64,000 nucleotides of DNA, from NCBI GenBank assembly GCA_965249275.1, contig CBDFLQ010000007.1, positions 32,001-96,000 of the forward strand, given 5' to 3'. Below are positions 17,761 to 28,275 of this stretch, piece by piece (position 1 is the stretch's first letter; the number at the start of each line of letters is the position of its first letter). The notes under the pieces were generated by a model. That model searched no databases and was not told where the DNA came from. It was given only the letters and a program-made list of their open reading frames with translations. Source of the DNA: Dehalococcoidia bacterium (lineage in GTDB: Bacteria; Chloroflexota; Dehalococcoidia; Plut-88900). The position numbers and the translations under genes were made by a program.

Positions 17761-20055
17761 TTAGGAACTGCCGTTCCCATCGTTCTTCTTCTGCAGGGCA
17801 TCCGTGATCGCCCCCGGGTTCATGGGTGTCGAATTGAATCGTATCCCTGTGGCCTTGTGGATTGCGTTGGCAATTACCGCAATCGGAGGAACGATGCTTG
17901 CCTCGCCGACTCCCCTGACTCCGAAAGGATGCCCAGGGTTGGGGCACTCCACAATGACCGTGTCGATCATCGGGAGGTCCAGGGAGGTGGGCATCCTGTA
18001 GTCCAGGAAGCTGCTGTTGGTGAAGTCTCCGTTGTCGTTGTAGAAGTACTCTTCGTTGAGGGTCCAGCCGATACCCTGGACTGCCCCGCCCTGCATCTGT
18101 CCTTCGACATAGCTGGGGTGTACAGCCTTTCCGGCGTCCTGGAATGCGGTGTATCGGAGCAGTTCAACCTTGCCCGTCTCGGGGTCCACTTCCACGTCGG
18201 CAATGGCCCCGGCATAGGAGCCGCCGATACCGGAGGGATTAACCGTGGCGCTGCCCACTACGGCTCCACCCACTTCCCGGGCTCGACCGGCCAGCTCTTT
18301 GAAGGTCAGCTTCAGTTCGGAGTCAGACGTAGAGCTGATGACGCCGTTTTCGTACTGTACGCTGCTCTCATCGGCTTCCCATATGCGGGCTGCCCGCGCG
18401 ATCATCTGCTTTTTCACGCTCTCGGCGGCCTCGCAGGCGGCCAGTCCGGTGGCGAAGGTGGTCCGACTGCCGTCCGATTGGGCGGTATAGCCTATGGAGT
18501 CTGTGTCCACTACGGCTGGGTTCACGTCTTCCGCCTGGATACCGAGGACCTCGGCGGCCTGCATGGCGATGGAGGCCCTGGTCCCACCGATGTCAGCGGA
18601 GCCTTCCAGGAGGTTTACGGTGCCATCGTCGTTGACGCTGATCGTGCAGGCCGAGGGCTCACCAATGTTGAACCAGAAGCCAAGTCCCACCCCGCGGCCC
18701 CGGTTGGGTCCTTCCAGGGGAGCCGAGTAATGGGGGTGGCTCTTTATGGCCTCCATGATTTCCATAGAACCGATTTGCGGGTTGATGGGACCGTCTATCC
18801 GACGGGTACCCTCTTTTGCGGCGTTGGCCAGGCGCAACTCGATGGGCTCCATGCCAAGCTTTTCGGCCAGCTGGTCCACAAGCTGCTCGCTGGCGAAAGT
18901 GGCGTTGGGCGCCCCCGGGGCCCGGTAGGCCGCCGACTTGGGCTTGTTTACCACAACGTCGTAACCTTCGGACATCTGGTTGGGGATGTCGTAAGCGGCG
19001 AAAATGCACATGGTGCCGCAGATAACCAGGGCGCCGGGGTAGGCGCCTGCATCGTAGGCCAGGTAGGACTCGCAGGCGACCATCTTTCCGTCTTTGGTTG
19101 CGCCGAGCCTGGCCTTTACATAAGAGGCGCAAGTCGGGCCGGTGGCTTCGAATACCTCTCGGCGAGACATCACTATCTTGACCGACTGGCCAGATTTCTT
19201 CGAAAGCAGGGCGGCTACCGGCTCTATGTAAATCTCCGTCTTTCCACCGAAACCGCCACCGATCTCCTGGGTCATTACTTTGACCTGGGATACGGGAATG
19301 CCAAGGATGTCTGCGGTGCGGTCTCTTACCAGGAATCCGCCCTGGGTGCTGCACCATACATGGACACGTCCGTCTTCGTTCCAGAGGGCAGTGCAGGGGT
19401 GGGGTTCGATGTAGCCCTGGTGGACGGTCTGGCACGAGAACTCGCCTTCGACAATGACGTCGGCTTCGGCGAAGCCCGTCTCTATGTCGCCCTGATCCAG
19501 CTTGTAGTAGCTGGCGATGTTCCCCGGTTTTTCCGCCTGTGTACCACCGATGTCAGCGTACATGTCCTCGTGGAGAAGAGGTGCGCCCTCTTTCATAGCC
19601 TCGCGGGCGCTGAACACAGCCGGCAGGACCTCGTAGTCGATTTCTATGAGCTCAACCGCCTCCTCGGCGACATGGGCGCTGGTGGCGGCCACGGCTGCTA
19701 TGGCGTGGCCCTGGTAGAAGACCTTGTCCCCGGCAAGGATGTTGTTCCTTCGCCACCGCAGGCCCCGGTCGTCTCCCGAATCGGGAAAGTCTTTTCCGGT
19801 CACGACGGCCTGCACCCCTTCCAGGGCTTCGGCTTTACTGGTATCGATAGACTTGATCCGGGCATGGGCGTGGGGGCTGCGCAGGATCTTCCCTTGCAAC
19901 GGCGAGGTCTTCGGGAAGTCGGCGCCGTAATTGGCCCTTCCAGTCACCTTGTCGGCCCCGTCGTGTCGAATAGGCCTTGAGCCTATCACGTCGAATTGCG
20001 TGTTCGACAATACGACGTTAGGTTCATAGTCCTGCTGCGGTTTCGTTGTGGTCAT
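17761..20055 (-). CDS. Xanthine dehydrogenase/CoxL-family molybdopterin-binding subunit
   Basis: KVTGRANY, LRSPHAHA, IGGGFGGK, AYRAPG, EGQMQGG and GVRGVGE. Confidence 0.93.
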   Translation of the reverse strand: MTTTKPQQDYEPNVVLSNTQFDVIGSRPIRHDGADKVTGRANYGADFPKTSPLQGKILRSPHAHARIKSIDTSKAEALEGVQAVVTGKDFPDSGDDRGLRWRRNNILAGDKVFYQGHAIAAVAATSAHVAEEAVELIEIDYEVLPAVFSAREAMKEGAPLLHEDMYADIGGTQAEKPGNIASYYKLDQGDIETGFAEADVIVEGEFSCQTVHQGYIEPHPCTALWNEDGRVHVWCSTQGGFLVRDRTADILGIPVSQVKVMTQEIGGGFGGKTEIYIEPVAALLSKKSGQSVKIVMSRREVFEATGPTCASYVKARLGATKDGKMVACESYLAYDAGAYPGALVICGTMCIFAAYDIPNQMSEGYDVVVNKPKSAAYRAPGAPNATFASEQLVDQLAEKLGMEPIELRLANAAKEGTRRIDGPINPQIGSMEIMEAIKSHPHYSAPLEGPNRGRGVGLGFWFNIGEPSACTISVNDDGTVNLLEGSADIGGTRASIAMQAAEVLGIQAEDVNPAVVDTDSIGYTAQSDGSRTTFATGLAACEAAESVKKQMIARAARIWEADESSVQYENGVISSTSDSELKLTFKELAGRAREVGGAVVGSATVNPSGIGGSYAGAIADVEVDPETGKVELLRYTAFQDAGKAVHPSYVEGQMQGGAVQGIGWTLNEEYFYNDNGDFTNSSFLDYRMPTSLDLPMIDTVIVECPNPGHPFGVRGVGEASIVPPIAVIANAIHKATGIRFNSTPMNPGAITDALQKKNDGNGSS

Positions 20056-20081
20056 AGGTCCAACTCCTTATCAGTGTGGGA

Positions 20082-21770
20082 TCAGGATACCATGTCACAA
20101 CTGCGGAGGAGCTTACCCGGAAGGGCGCCCGTGCAGTCGTTTCCTTCGAATGTAACTGCGCCGTTCACTAATGTGTAACGCAGACCCGTCGGTTTCTGGA
20201 TGATGCGGCGTTCGCCGCCTGGGAAGTCGTGAGCGTAAATCATCTTGTCGTGCTGGAACCCGAGTTCGTCCAGATTATAGACCATCACGTCAGCCCAGTC
20301 CCCGACCCTGAGGGTGCCCCTGTCCTTGAAGTCGGCAAACCAGCCGGGAAGAGCGCTCATCTTGTAGTGGCCCTGCTCCAGGCTCATGATCTGTCTGTCC
20401 CTGATCCAGTAGGTCAGGAACTCTACAGGCCATGTGCTCGTGGTGAGGTATCGGGTGTGGGCGCCGCCGTCGGACACAGAGACGTGACCGTAGGGGCTCA
20501 GGATGTTCTCGTCGAGAGGCCGGGGGTCGACGGGGTGAGCGAAGACGGTTTCAAGACCTTCGTCCAGGGCGAGGTCCAGGAAGGCGTCGACCGGGTGCTT
20601 GCCCTGGGCGGCGGCAATCTCGGCTATGGTGCTGCCGTCGTACTTGTAGTTACGCTCGTGCATGGTCTCCAAGACGGTGACCCGGGACCAGTCTGTGCGA
20701 AGGAGCTGCCGGGCGTCGGCGTCCCTCTTCATTTCGTCACGAATGTCGGGGTCCTTCAGCTTTAGGGTGCGCTCCTCTATGGAGCCGACAAGCGGGTTGA
20801 CCCAGCCGGGCAGCGAGTCGAAGAGGTTGTACTCGGAGAGCTGGAACTCGGCGTTGACTTCCATCACCAGTTCCTGGGTGAAGAGGGGAAGGCCCTCAGC
20901 CCGCATCTGGGCGACCCACTCATCCCGAGCAGACTCCTGCTCGAGGAGGACGTGGAGGGGTCTGCCACTGGTCCGCATCATCTGGGCCAGTAGTTCACGC
21001 TGTTTGGCCGGGCTCTTTTCGGGGGGAAGGCCGCCGGACTGGGCTATGGTCCAGCCGATGTGGCCCACACCGAACTCGCTGAGCACCTCGGACAGGCCGA
21101 GGTATTCCTCGTTGGAGGCTACGTGGCTGGGGAGCCAGGAGCCGTCCTCCGGGCGGTCGCCGGTGTTCATGTCGGCGGAAAAGCCGAAGGCGCCGGCCTG
21201 CATGGCTTCGTAGAAGATACGCTTCATCTCGTTCAGTTCGACGTCGGTGACGGAGGTCCGCTCCCTGGAGGCCATCATACCGATGACGTAGGCCCTCAGC
21301 GGCGAGAAGGGAAATACGGAGCCGACGTTAACGCCGAGCCCCTGGTTGTCCAGGCTGTCCAGGTACTCGGGAAAAGTCTCCCAATCCCAGCGCATCCCGA
21401 GCCGCATGGATTCGAGGGGAATAGCCTCGATGCGATTCATCATGCGCATGTTGAGTTCCCGGTCCTCGGGGCGGGTGGGTGCGAACCCGAAGCCGCACTG
21501 CCCGATGGTCAGGGAAGTGACCCCGAACCAGCCGGAAAGAGTGGCGTAGGGGTCCCAGTTAAGTTGGGCGTCGTAGTGGGTGTGGAGGTCGATGGCCCCT
21601 GGAGCGACGATACACCCCGAAGCGTCGATCTCCTTGGCAGCGCCTGCAGGGATACGCCCGCTTATGCGGGCCACGCGCCCTTCCTTGATGGCAAGGTCTC
21701 CCCGGTACCGTGGGATGCCCGTCCCGTCCACGATGGTCCCGCCCCTGATGACAACGTCGAACTCTTTCAT
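20082..21770 (-). CDS. N-acyl-D-amino-acid deacylase-like amidohydrolase
   Basis: VIRGGTIVDGTG, PGAIDLHTHYD, GQCGFGFAP and SDGGAH; GGAGGA RBS before the ATG at 21770. Confidence 0.88.
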   Translation of the reverse strand: MKEFDVVIRGGTIVDGTGIPRYRGDLAIKEGRVARISGRIPAGAAKEIDASGCIVAPGAIDLHTHYDAQLNWDPYATLSGWFGVTSLTIGQCGFGFAPTRPEDRELNMRMMNRIEAIPLESMRLGMRWDWETFPEYLDSLDNQGLGVNVGSVFPFSPLRAYVIGMMASRERTSVTDVELNEMKRIFYEAMQAGAFGFSADMNTGDRPEDGSWLPSHVASNEEYLGLSEVLSEFGVGHIGWTIAQSGGLPPEKSPAKQRELLAQMMRTSGRPLHVLLEQESARDEWVAQMRAEGLPLFTQELVMEVNAEFQLSEYNLFDSLPGWVNPLVGSIEERTLKLKDPDIRDEMKRDADARQLLRTDWSRVTVLETMHERNYKYDGSTIAEIAAAQGKHPVDAFLDLALDEGLETVFAHPVDPRPLDENILSPYGHVSVSDGGAHTRYLTTSTWPVEFLTYWIRDRQIMSLEQGHYKMSALPGWFADFKDRGTLRVGDWADVMVYNLDELGFQHDKMIYAHDFPGGERRIIQKPTGLRYTLVNGAVTFEGNDCTGALPGKLLRSCDMVS

Positions 21771-21966
21771 ATCCAATCCTCCGCTACATACACTACGGCC
21801 AAGCTGGGGACTTGTCGGTATTATACAGAGGAGTTGAGTGGGGGGATAGAGTGAATTACAGTCTTGGCCGAGAGGCCTAAACTAGAGGGATTTTCAGAAG
21901 ACTTGAAACGAAAACGGGCTGGGCGTAGATTATGAGACATACTGACAGTTCCTGGGAGATAACAAA

Positions 21967-23775
21967 GTGACAGTCCAACGCTACTCGGTAAACCAGCAGT
22001 CTATCCAGACTTTTTTAACTTGGGTTGAGGCCAACCAAATCGCAATCCCTGAGATTCAGCGTCCCTTCGTATGGAGTGCAACTAAAGTCCGCGATTTCAT
22101 TGATTCGCTTTATCGAGGATATCCAGTGGGATATCTCATCGCTTGGCAAAACCCTAACGTCAGGCTGAAGGACGGTTCACAATCGGCGGGTAAGCGCATT
22201 TTGATTGACGGCCAGCAGCGTATTACGGCCCTCGTCGCGGCTTTGAAGGGAAAGCCCGTGCTGGACAAGAACTTCAGGGAAAAGCGCATCACAATAGCCT
22301 TTCACCCCAATGAGGAACGATTCGAAGTCACTAATCCCGCCATCCAAAGGGACAAGGGATGGATACCTGACATCACTAGCGTCTTTGCTCCAGGAGCGAA
22401 GATGCGAGGGATAGTTGACAAGTACTGCGCAGACAATCAGGGCGAGGACAATAGCGGGCCTGACATAAGCGTAATCGATGATCGCTTGGAACGTTTAAAG
22501 GGCATCCTAAACAACCTCCTCGGCATCATAGACCTCAATGCTGAACTCGATGTGGAGACGGTTGCTGAGATTTTCGTACGTGTCAATTCGGAGGGCGTGC
22601 CGCTTAATGAAGCTGACTTCGCCATGTCTAAAATGGCTGCGAACGAGCAATACGATGGCCATCAGTTGCGAAAGTGCATCGACTATTTCTGCCACCTGGC
22701 AGTAGCACCCGAGGCATACAGCGAACTCTCCCAGGACGTTGATTTTGCGGCAACGGACTATTTCAGGCGAATGGAATGGTTGAAGAACGAGAAAGAGGAT
22801 CTGTATGACCCTACATACACCGATATGCTGCGGGTCGCGTTTACGACGAAATTCAAGCGTGGACGACTAAATGACCTTGTAGCCCTCCTTTCGGGCAGAA
22901 ATTTTGAAACACGCAGTTACGAAGAGAGTATTGCCGAAGAATCGTTCAGCAGTTTAAAAGACGGCTTGTTGAGTTTCATGAACGAGACCAATTTCAAGCG
23001 GTTCCTCATGATCTTGCGCTCAGCTGGATTTATGGATTCATCGCAAATAAGGTCACAGAACACCGTCAACTTTGCCTACATACTCTATCTAACGTTGCGT
23101 GAGAAGGGAGTCACCTAGGTTCTCATCGAGAAACTGGTCCGTCGGTGGTTTGTAATGTCAATGCTGACGGGGAGATATACCAGTCAGCTGGAAGGCAACT
23201 TTGGCCTCGACATCGCAAACATTGATACACAAGGAGCCGAGCAGAGTCTGAACGTTATCGAGTGGGCGGAGCTTAGCGAGTCGTTTTGGGAATTCGGTCT
23301 GCCACAGCGAATGATCACTTCGGCTGCAAGCAGCCGTTACTTCAATGTTTTTCTGGCAAGTCAAATCCACAGCAATGATAAAGGATTTCTTTCAAAAGAT
23401 ATAACTATTCCTACCCTGATAGATGGTCTGTCCGACGTTCATCATGTTTTCCCGCGCAACTATTTGAAGAAATTCGAGTTCAAGGCTTCTCGCTACAATC
23501 AAATTGCCAATTACGTGGTGATGCAGAGCGAAATAAACATAGCAATTAGCGATGATCCTCCAGCAACTTACTTCTCTGCGCTGTGGGATCAATGCAACGG
23601 CGGCGAGGCGCGCTACGGCGCTATAACCGACGCCAATGAACTACAGGAAAACCTTGCCGCTCACTGTATCCCCGACGGTATGGAACAAAGCAGCGCTGAT
23701 TGCTATGATACGTTCCTGGAAAAACGCCGTGCTCTCATGGCTCTAAAAATTAGGGACTACTACAGAAGACTGTAG
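21967..23775 (+). pseudogene. GmrSD-like (DUF262 + HNH/DUF1524) type IV restriction endonuclease interrupted by an in-frame TAG at 23116-23118
   Basis: DUF262 motifs [25 protein letters not shown]. Reads through as KGVT*VLIEKLVRRWFVMSML into ORF 23155-23775 in the same frame, which has DVHHVFP...NQIANY. Low GC. Confidence 0.8.
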
Positions 23776-23797
23776 TTAATCCTCTCCTAGCCCGAGG

Positions 23798-24970
23798 CTA
23801 CGCCCCCTTCACGTTGACGAACTGACTGAAGCGATGGATTACCGACACCAGCTCGGCTGATTGCTCCATTACTAGGTCGATGTCCTTGTAGGCGCCGGGA
23901 AGCTCATCCAGGAATGCCTCCGAACGCTTCACTTCGATTCCCTCCATCAGCCGGTCAAAGTCATCCATACTGAATAACTCTCGGGCCCGCCTCCGGCTGA
24001 ACCGGCGCCCCGCTCCGTGTGGAGACGTGGACATCGCCGGAACACAGCCCTTGCCCTTCACAACGTACGACGCCGTTCCCATCGACCCGGGTATCAGGCC
24101 CATCTGCCCCTCCTTCGCCATGATGGCGCCCTTCCGGCTAACCCACAGGTCTCGCCCAAAGTGCTGCTCTTTCTGGGTGAAGTTGTGATGGCACTGAATC
24201 GTATCGACGACCTGCATCTGCGGAATCCGGTGAGTCAACAGCCCGATGAGCCGGTCCATCATTTCTTGCCGGTTGAGCAATGCAAAATGCTGTGCCCACA
24301 TCAAGTCCTGATGGTACGCGTCGAACTGCGGCGTCCCTTCCGTCAGATAGGCCAGATCGGGGTCTTCAAGCTCAATGTGGGATCGCTCCATCAGGTTGCG
24401 CGCCACTCGGATGTGGAACATCGCCAACTTGTTGCCGATCCCCCGAGACCCGCTATGCAGGAACAGCCACACGCTTTCGTGCTCGTCCGTGACCAGCTCG
24501 ATGAAGTGGTTGCCCGAGCCGAGAGACCCTAGCTGGAGACGCCATTTGGGCGTTATCTTTGCGTAATCATCCAGGCGGTCACCGGCCAGATTTTCCAGTT
24601 CCGCTACCTTCGAGACGGCCGTCCGTTTGATGGACCGATTGTACTTCCCGGCGCTCAACGGAATCTGATGTTCGATTGCCTCACGGATTTCGACCAGGTC
24701 GTCAGGTATGTCGTCGCGAACCAGCGACGTCTTGACGGCAATCATCCCGCATCCGATGTCTACGCCTATCGCCGCCGGAATCAGCGCCCGTTCGGTCGGG
24801 ATGCAGCTTCCAACCGCCGCGCCCTTACCCAGATGGCAGTCGGGCATCACGGCAACATGCGGCTGAACGAACGTCAGTCTGCTGATGCGCTTCACCTGCT
24901 CGACGACATCGGGCTCCAGCTGGGCTTCCGGCACCCAACTCAATACTTTGTCCGCTATCTTTTCCGGCAC
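23798..24970 (-). CDS. rtcB: RNA 2',3'-cyclic phosphate/5'-OH ligase
   Basis: VMPDCHLG, GVDIGCG, GSGNHF, HSGSRG, CHHN, PGSMG, HGAGR, AYKDID and terminal VKG. Confidence 0.93.
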   Translation of the reverse strand: MPEKIADKVLSWVPEAQLEPDVVEQVKRISRLTFVQPHVAVMPDCHLGKGAAVGSCIPTERALIPAAIGVDIGCGMIAVKTSLVRDDIPDDLVEIREAIEHQIPLSAGKYNRSIKRTAVSKVAELENLAGDRLDDYAKITPKWRLQLGSLGSGNHFIELVTDEHESVWLFLHSGSRGIGNKLAMFHIRVARNLMERSHIELEDPDLAYLTEGTPQFDAYHQDLMWAQHFALLNRQEMMDRLIGLLTHRIPQMQVVDTIQCHHNFTQKEQHFGRDLWVSRKGAIMAKEGQMGLIPGSMGTASYVVKGKGCVPAMSTSPHGAGRRFSRRRARELFSMDDFDRLMEGIEVKRSEAFLDELPGAYKDIDLVMEQSAELVSVIHRFSQFVNVKGA

Positions 24971-24999
24971 CTATTCCTCTTCATGGGTGGCATAAACCT

Positions 25000-25737
25000 C
25001 TAAGGCAAGGCCGCGGGACCCGACAATAGTCCCCCGAAACCTTCAATGGGATTGGTTAGTCCGAGCTTGCCGAATATGGCCCAGATGTTGGCCTGGTTAG
25101 ACGTGACTGCAGATTTGCCCGTCTTCCGCTCCAGCCGGTCGACCATCTCCAGGGCTCGCCACGCGGTACAGGAGCAAAAGATGCCGTCGGCCCTGGGGTT
25201 GAGGGACTGGGCGGCGAACTCCAGGATGTCTTCGGGGTCCCGGTCGTTGATCATCCGGTCGGGGCCTTCCCGTGTCCAGTTGTCGGCTTCCAGGTTCAAC
25301 ACCTCGAACCCCGACTTCTCCATGTAGTCCCATAGCCTGTCGTTGTTCCATTTCGGGTACGGCGTGGCGATGGACAACTTCCGAATGCCCAGCGAACGAA
25401 GGGCCATGGCCACCGAGTGTGTGGTCACAGCCGCCGGCAGCCCCGACTCCCCCTCGATCATGCGAATCAACTCTTCATCCCAGCCCGGGCCTTTGTAGAA
25501 GCTGGACGTTGTGCCTCCGTAGGCAATGGCATCCATACCGGCGGTACAGAGATATCGGACGGCATTTAGGACTTCCGAGTTCATGCGGTCCATCTGGTCC
25601 TGCCCGAGATCATTTTCCGGAAGCCACATGCGGTGACTGTGGAGCGTGACGTTGGATGGTACAGCCATGTAAAAGTCCGGCTCGTATGTCGCGTCGGATG
25701 ACGGGACAATCAGGCCTATTCTAATTCGTCGCGCCAT
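25000..25737 (-). CDS. Asp/Glu racemase superfamily (maleate isomerase/arylmalonate decarboxylase-like)
   Basis: IGLIVPSS, IATPY, FCSCT and VTSNQA; GGAGG RBS. Confidence 0.85.
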   Translation of the reverse strand: MARRIRIGLIVPSSDATYEPDFYMAVPSNVTLHSHRMWLPENDLGQDQMDRMNSEVLNAVRYLCTAGMDAIAYGGTTSSFYKGPGWDEELIRMIEGESGLPAAVTTHSVAMALRSLGIRKLSIATPYPKWNNDRLWDYMEKSGFEVLNLEADNWTREGPDRMINDRDPEDILEFAAQSLNPRADGIFCSCTAWRALEMVDRLERKTGKSAVTSNQANIWAIFGKLGLTNPIEGFGGLLSGPAALP

Positions 25738-25775
25738 GACAACCTCCACTCGAGACAGTCCCTCGAATCCTGGAT

Positions 25776-26807
25776 TTACACCCCCGACGGCAGCCTATAC
25801 ACCTTTGCTGCTGTGTCGTAGAACATGGCTTGCCTCTCCGTCGGAGAGTAGTCCTTCGATAGCCGTTTGAAAGCGTTGAAGACAACGTTGTAAGAAAATG
25901 ACCATTTGTCCACGGGGAAGTTACTTTCGAACATGCAGCGCTCGGGTCCAAACTTCTCGATGCAGTAGTGCATGAACGGGGCCATCTCCTTGGCAGCCTC
26001 CTCGGACCCGACCGGTTTGTCGCGGGTGTGCCAGTCGAAACCGTTGTTGATCATACCCATCCCCCCAAGTTTCATGTAGACGTTCGGACACTCGGCCACG
26101 GCGGCGATGTCACGCTTCCACGTCGAAACTACCTCTTCGGACCGGGCAGCATATGGCCCAATTCGCATGAGTCCTCCTATATGGTCCGAAATTATCGTTA
26201 GGTCCGGTACGGCCCGAGCCAGTGAGGCGAGTTCCGGCAGCTGGGTTGAATACATCCAGGACTCCATGGTTAGCCCGCGACTGGCCAGCACCCGGGCCCC
26301 GGCCCTATAGCTGTCGCTCATCATCTGATGGGGAATCTTATAGAGCGCGGAGTTGGGTACGCTGGGATCGTCGTCCCACGTCACTGAGTGCCGGATACCC
26401 CGAAATCGATTTGGACTGGCCGCTTCCAGCCTGTCCAGCACCCTTCCTACGTCTTCTCCGAGGTTTAGGTTGGCATGCCCGACTATTCCGTCGGCCACGC
26501 GGCAAGGGCCGTATAGCCCGCTCGCGCTAGCCGCTGCGAGACCCTGGGCAAACTCAATCTCTCCGACGGGCCGCATCTCTTCCGGTGCGTTGGCCCGGTA
26601 CATGGCCCGGGCCTCGACGAAGACTGTTGCCACTATGTTGTGCCCAGAGCTTATATCGTCCAATAGCTCGGGGAGTAGATAGCGCTGGTAGGGCATCCTT
26701 TCTATCTTGTAGTCCCAGAAGTGATGGTGGGGGTCGATGATTGGGAGGTCGGGTTCCAGGGTCGGTTCCGGGGTAAGGGCGAGCCAGTCGTTGCTTCCGA
26801 AGGGCAT
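25776..26807 (-). CDS. Amidohydrolase_2 (L-fuconolactonase-like)
   Basis: IIDPHHHFW, FRGIRH, ISDHIGG, YMKLGG and MFESNFPVD. Confidence 0.88.
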   Translation of the reverse strand: MPFGSNDWLALTPEPTLEPDLPIIDPHHHFWDYKIERMPYQRYLLPELLDDISSGHNIVATVFVEARAMYRANAPEEMRPVGEIEFAQGLAAASASGLYGPCRVADGIVGHANLNLGEDVGRVLDRLEAASPNRFRGIRHSVTWDDDPSVPNSALYKIPHQMMSDSYRAGARVLASRGLTMESWMYSTQLPELASLARAVPDLTIISDHIGGLMRIGPYAARSEEVVSTWKRDIAAVAECPNVYMKLGGMGMINNGFDWHTRDKPVGSEEAAKEMAPFMHYCIEKFGPERCMFESNFPVDKWSFSYNVVFNAFKRLSKDYSPTERQAMFYDTAAKVYRLPSGV

Positions 26808-26870
26808 GGGTTATCCTCCGAGGTGGGGTGCGGTCGGGACTCATGATACCAGACCTGACGAAGGTCTCGG

Positions 26871-28118
26871 TCAGGTGTCTCGAGTCTCTCTGACCATGAG
26901 AACGATGGGTACCAGGAGAGCGGCGACGGCTGCCGTCATCAGGAAGCCGGGCCCGAGGGATGAGTAGGAATCTCGCAGCTCACCCATGATGTAGGGTCCG
27001 AAGAATCCGCCTACCTCCGCCGCGGCGAAGAACATTCCCGCCGCCACTCCCATCTTCGCCGCCCCGACACCCCGCGTCTCCATCAGCAACAGCGAGCACA
27101 TCGGCAGCATCGGTTGTGCGGCAAAGGTAAGCGCCATCAACGCAGCCACGGCTCCGGCGCCGGGAAGGAATACCATTGACGTGGCTGCGACCGCGCAGAC
27201 CACGAGCTGTAGACTCGTCATCGGGACTCGGTATCCTCGCTTTACGAAACCCGGTATGGCCAGCAGTCCGGTGAGCCCTACCCCAGTCGCGAGCGCAGCC
27301 CACAACCCTCCCGCATCCAGCGACATCCCTTTCTCCTCCAGGAAAGCGGGAGCCCAGCTTGAGTTGCCAACGTGCACAACGAAAGTTCCCATAGCGAGAA
27401 TCAGGATGATTTTTACATTCCTCAATCGGAGCAGGGACGTGAACTCCTTCAGAGCTAGAGAGCGGGTGGCCAGATGCGTGCTGGTGGCGCGGGTCTCTGG
27501 TTCCCTCGCAAATAGGACCCAGGCCACGAGGATGAGTGCGACTAGAATGCCGTAGACCAGGGAGATGCCTCGCCAGGACCCTGTCAGGGGCTCGACCACC
27601 GTGTTGGCGGTGGCGAAAGCCAGGCTGATACCCGATGCCGGACCCGTTGAGTAGATTCCCGTGGCAATGCCGCGCTCTCGGCCTTCGAACCAGACGGATA
27701 CCAGTTTCGGGGAGCCCACCGAGATCAGCGGCCCGCCGAACCCGAACAGGCCCACGGTGAAGAACAGCTGGAGGAAGTTCTGGGAGAGGCCGCGCGCGAT
27801 CAGTGAAAGCAGAATTATCAGGATCCCCAATCCCAGCGACTTACGCAGCCCCAGCCTGTCTACTAACAGGCCCACAACGGGCGCAAAGAAGATGTATACG
27901 ACATGCCAGCTCCCGTGCACCAGCCCCATCTGTGCCGAGTTCATGTTGAGCTCTTCCTGGATCGGCGTGACGAGAGGTGAGATAGTCCCGAAGGTCAGGC
28001 CGAAGGAGAAGTAGAGAGACCAGCACAGGCCGACCATAAGCCAACGGGCTCGGGGCTTGGACGCGGGCACGGGATAGGGGGAAACTGCCGCAGCGGGGAC
28101 GGGGGGAGATGGAGGCAT
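26871..28118 (-). CDS. MFS transporter
   Basis: About 12 hydrophobic segments, motif A GLLVDRLGLR and WFEGRERGIA. Confidence 0.88.
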   Translation of the reverse strand: MPPSPPVPAAAVSPYPVPASKPRARWLMVGLCWSLYFSFGLTFGTISPLVTPIQEELNMNSAQMGLVHGSWHVVYIFFAPVVGLLVDRLGLRKSLGLGILIILLSLIARGLSQNFLQLFFTVGLFGFGGPLISVGSPKLVSVWFEGRERGIATGIYSTGPASGISLAFATANTVVEPLTGSWRGISLVYGILVALILVAWVLFAREPETRATSTHLATRSLALKEFTSLLRLRNVKIILILAMGTFVVHVGNSSWAPAFLEEKGMSLDAGGLWAALATGVGLTGLLAIPGFVKRGYRVPMTSLQLVVCAVAATSMVFLPGAGAVAALMALTFAAQPMLPMCSLLLMETRGVGAAKMGVAAGMFFAAAEVGGFFGPYIMGELRDSYSSLGPGFLMTAAVAALLVPIVLMVRETRDT

Positions 28119-28275
28119 GGGAATAAGATAGTAACAGGGGTGGAATAGGTAGTCTATGAGGCGGTTGGGGTGGAGGATTGGGCGGAGCTATATCTGATAT
28201 GATGCTCGCTGTTCACTTGAAAACGTGTGAATTCGCACAAGGTTCCACGCTGGTCATGCCTGAGGAGGTTACATA

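Noticed and set aside
17857-19980. 707-aa ORF on the + strand
   Set aside because: Antisense shadow of the Mo-hydroxylase gene, typical of high-GC codon bias, with no motifs. The same applies to the other long antisense ORFs (for example 43993-45030, 47000-48124, 16267-17223).
23116-23118. Pyrrolysine or genetic-code reassignment of TAG
   Set aside because: Many intact genes here end in TAG (smpB, rtcB, tmRNA tag), no pyl genes are in the window, and this is not a methyltransferase context.
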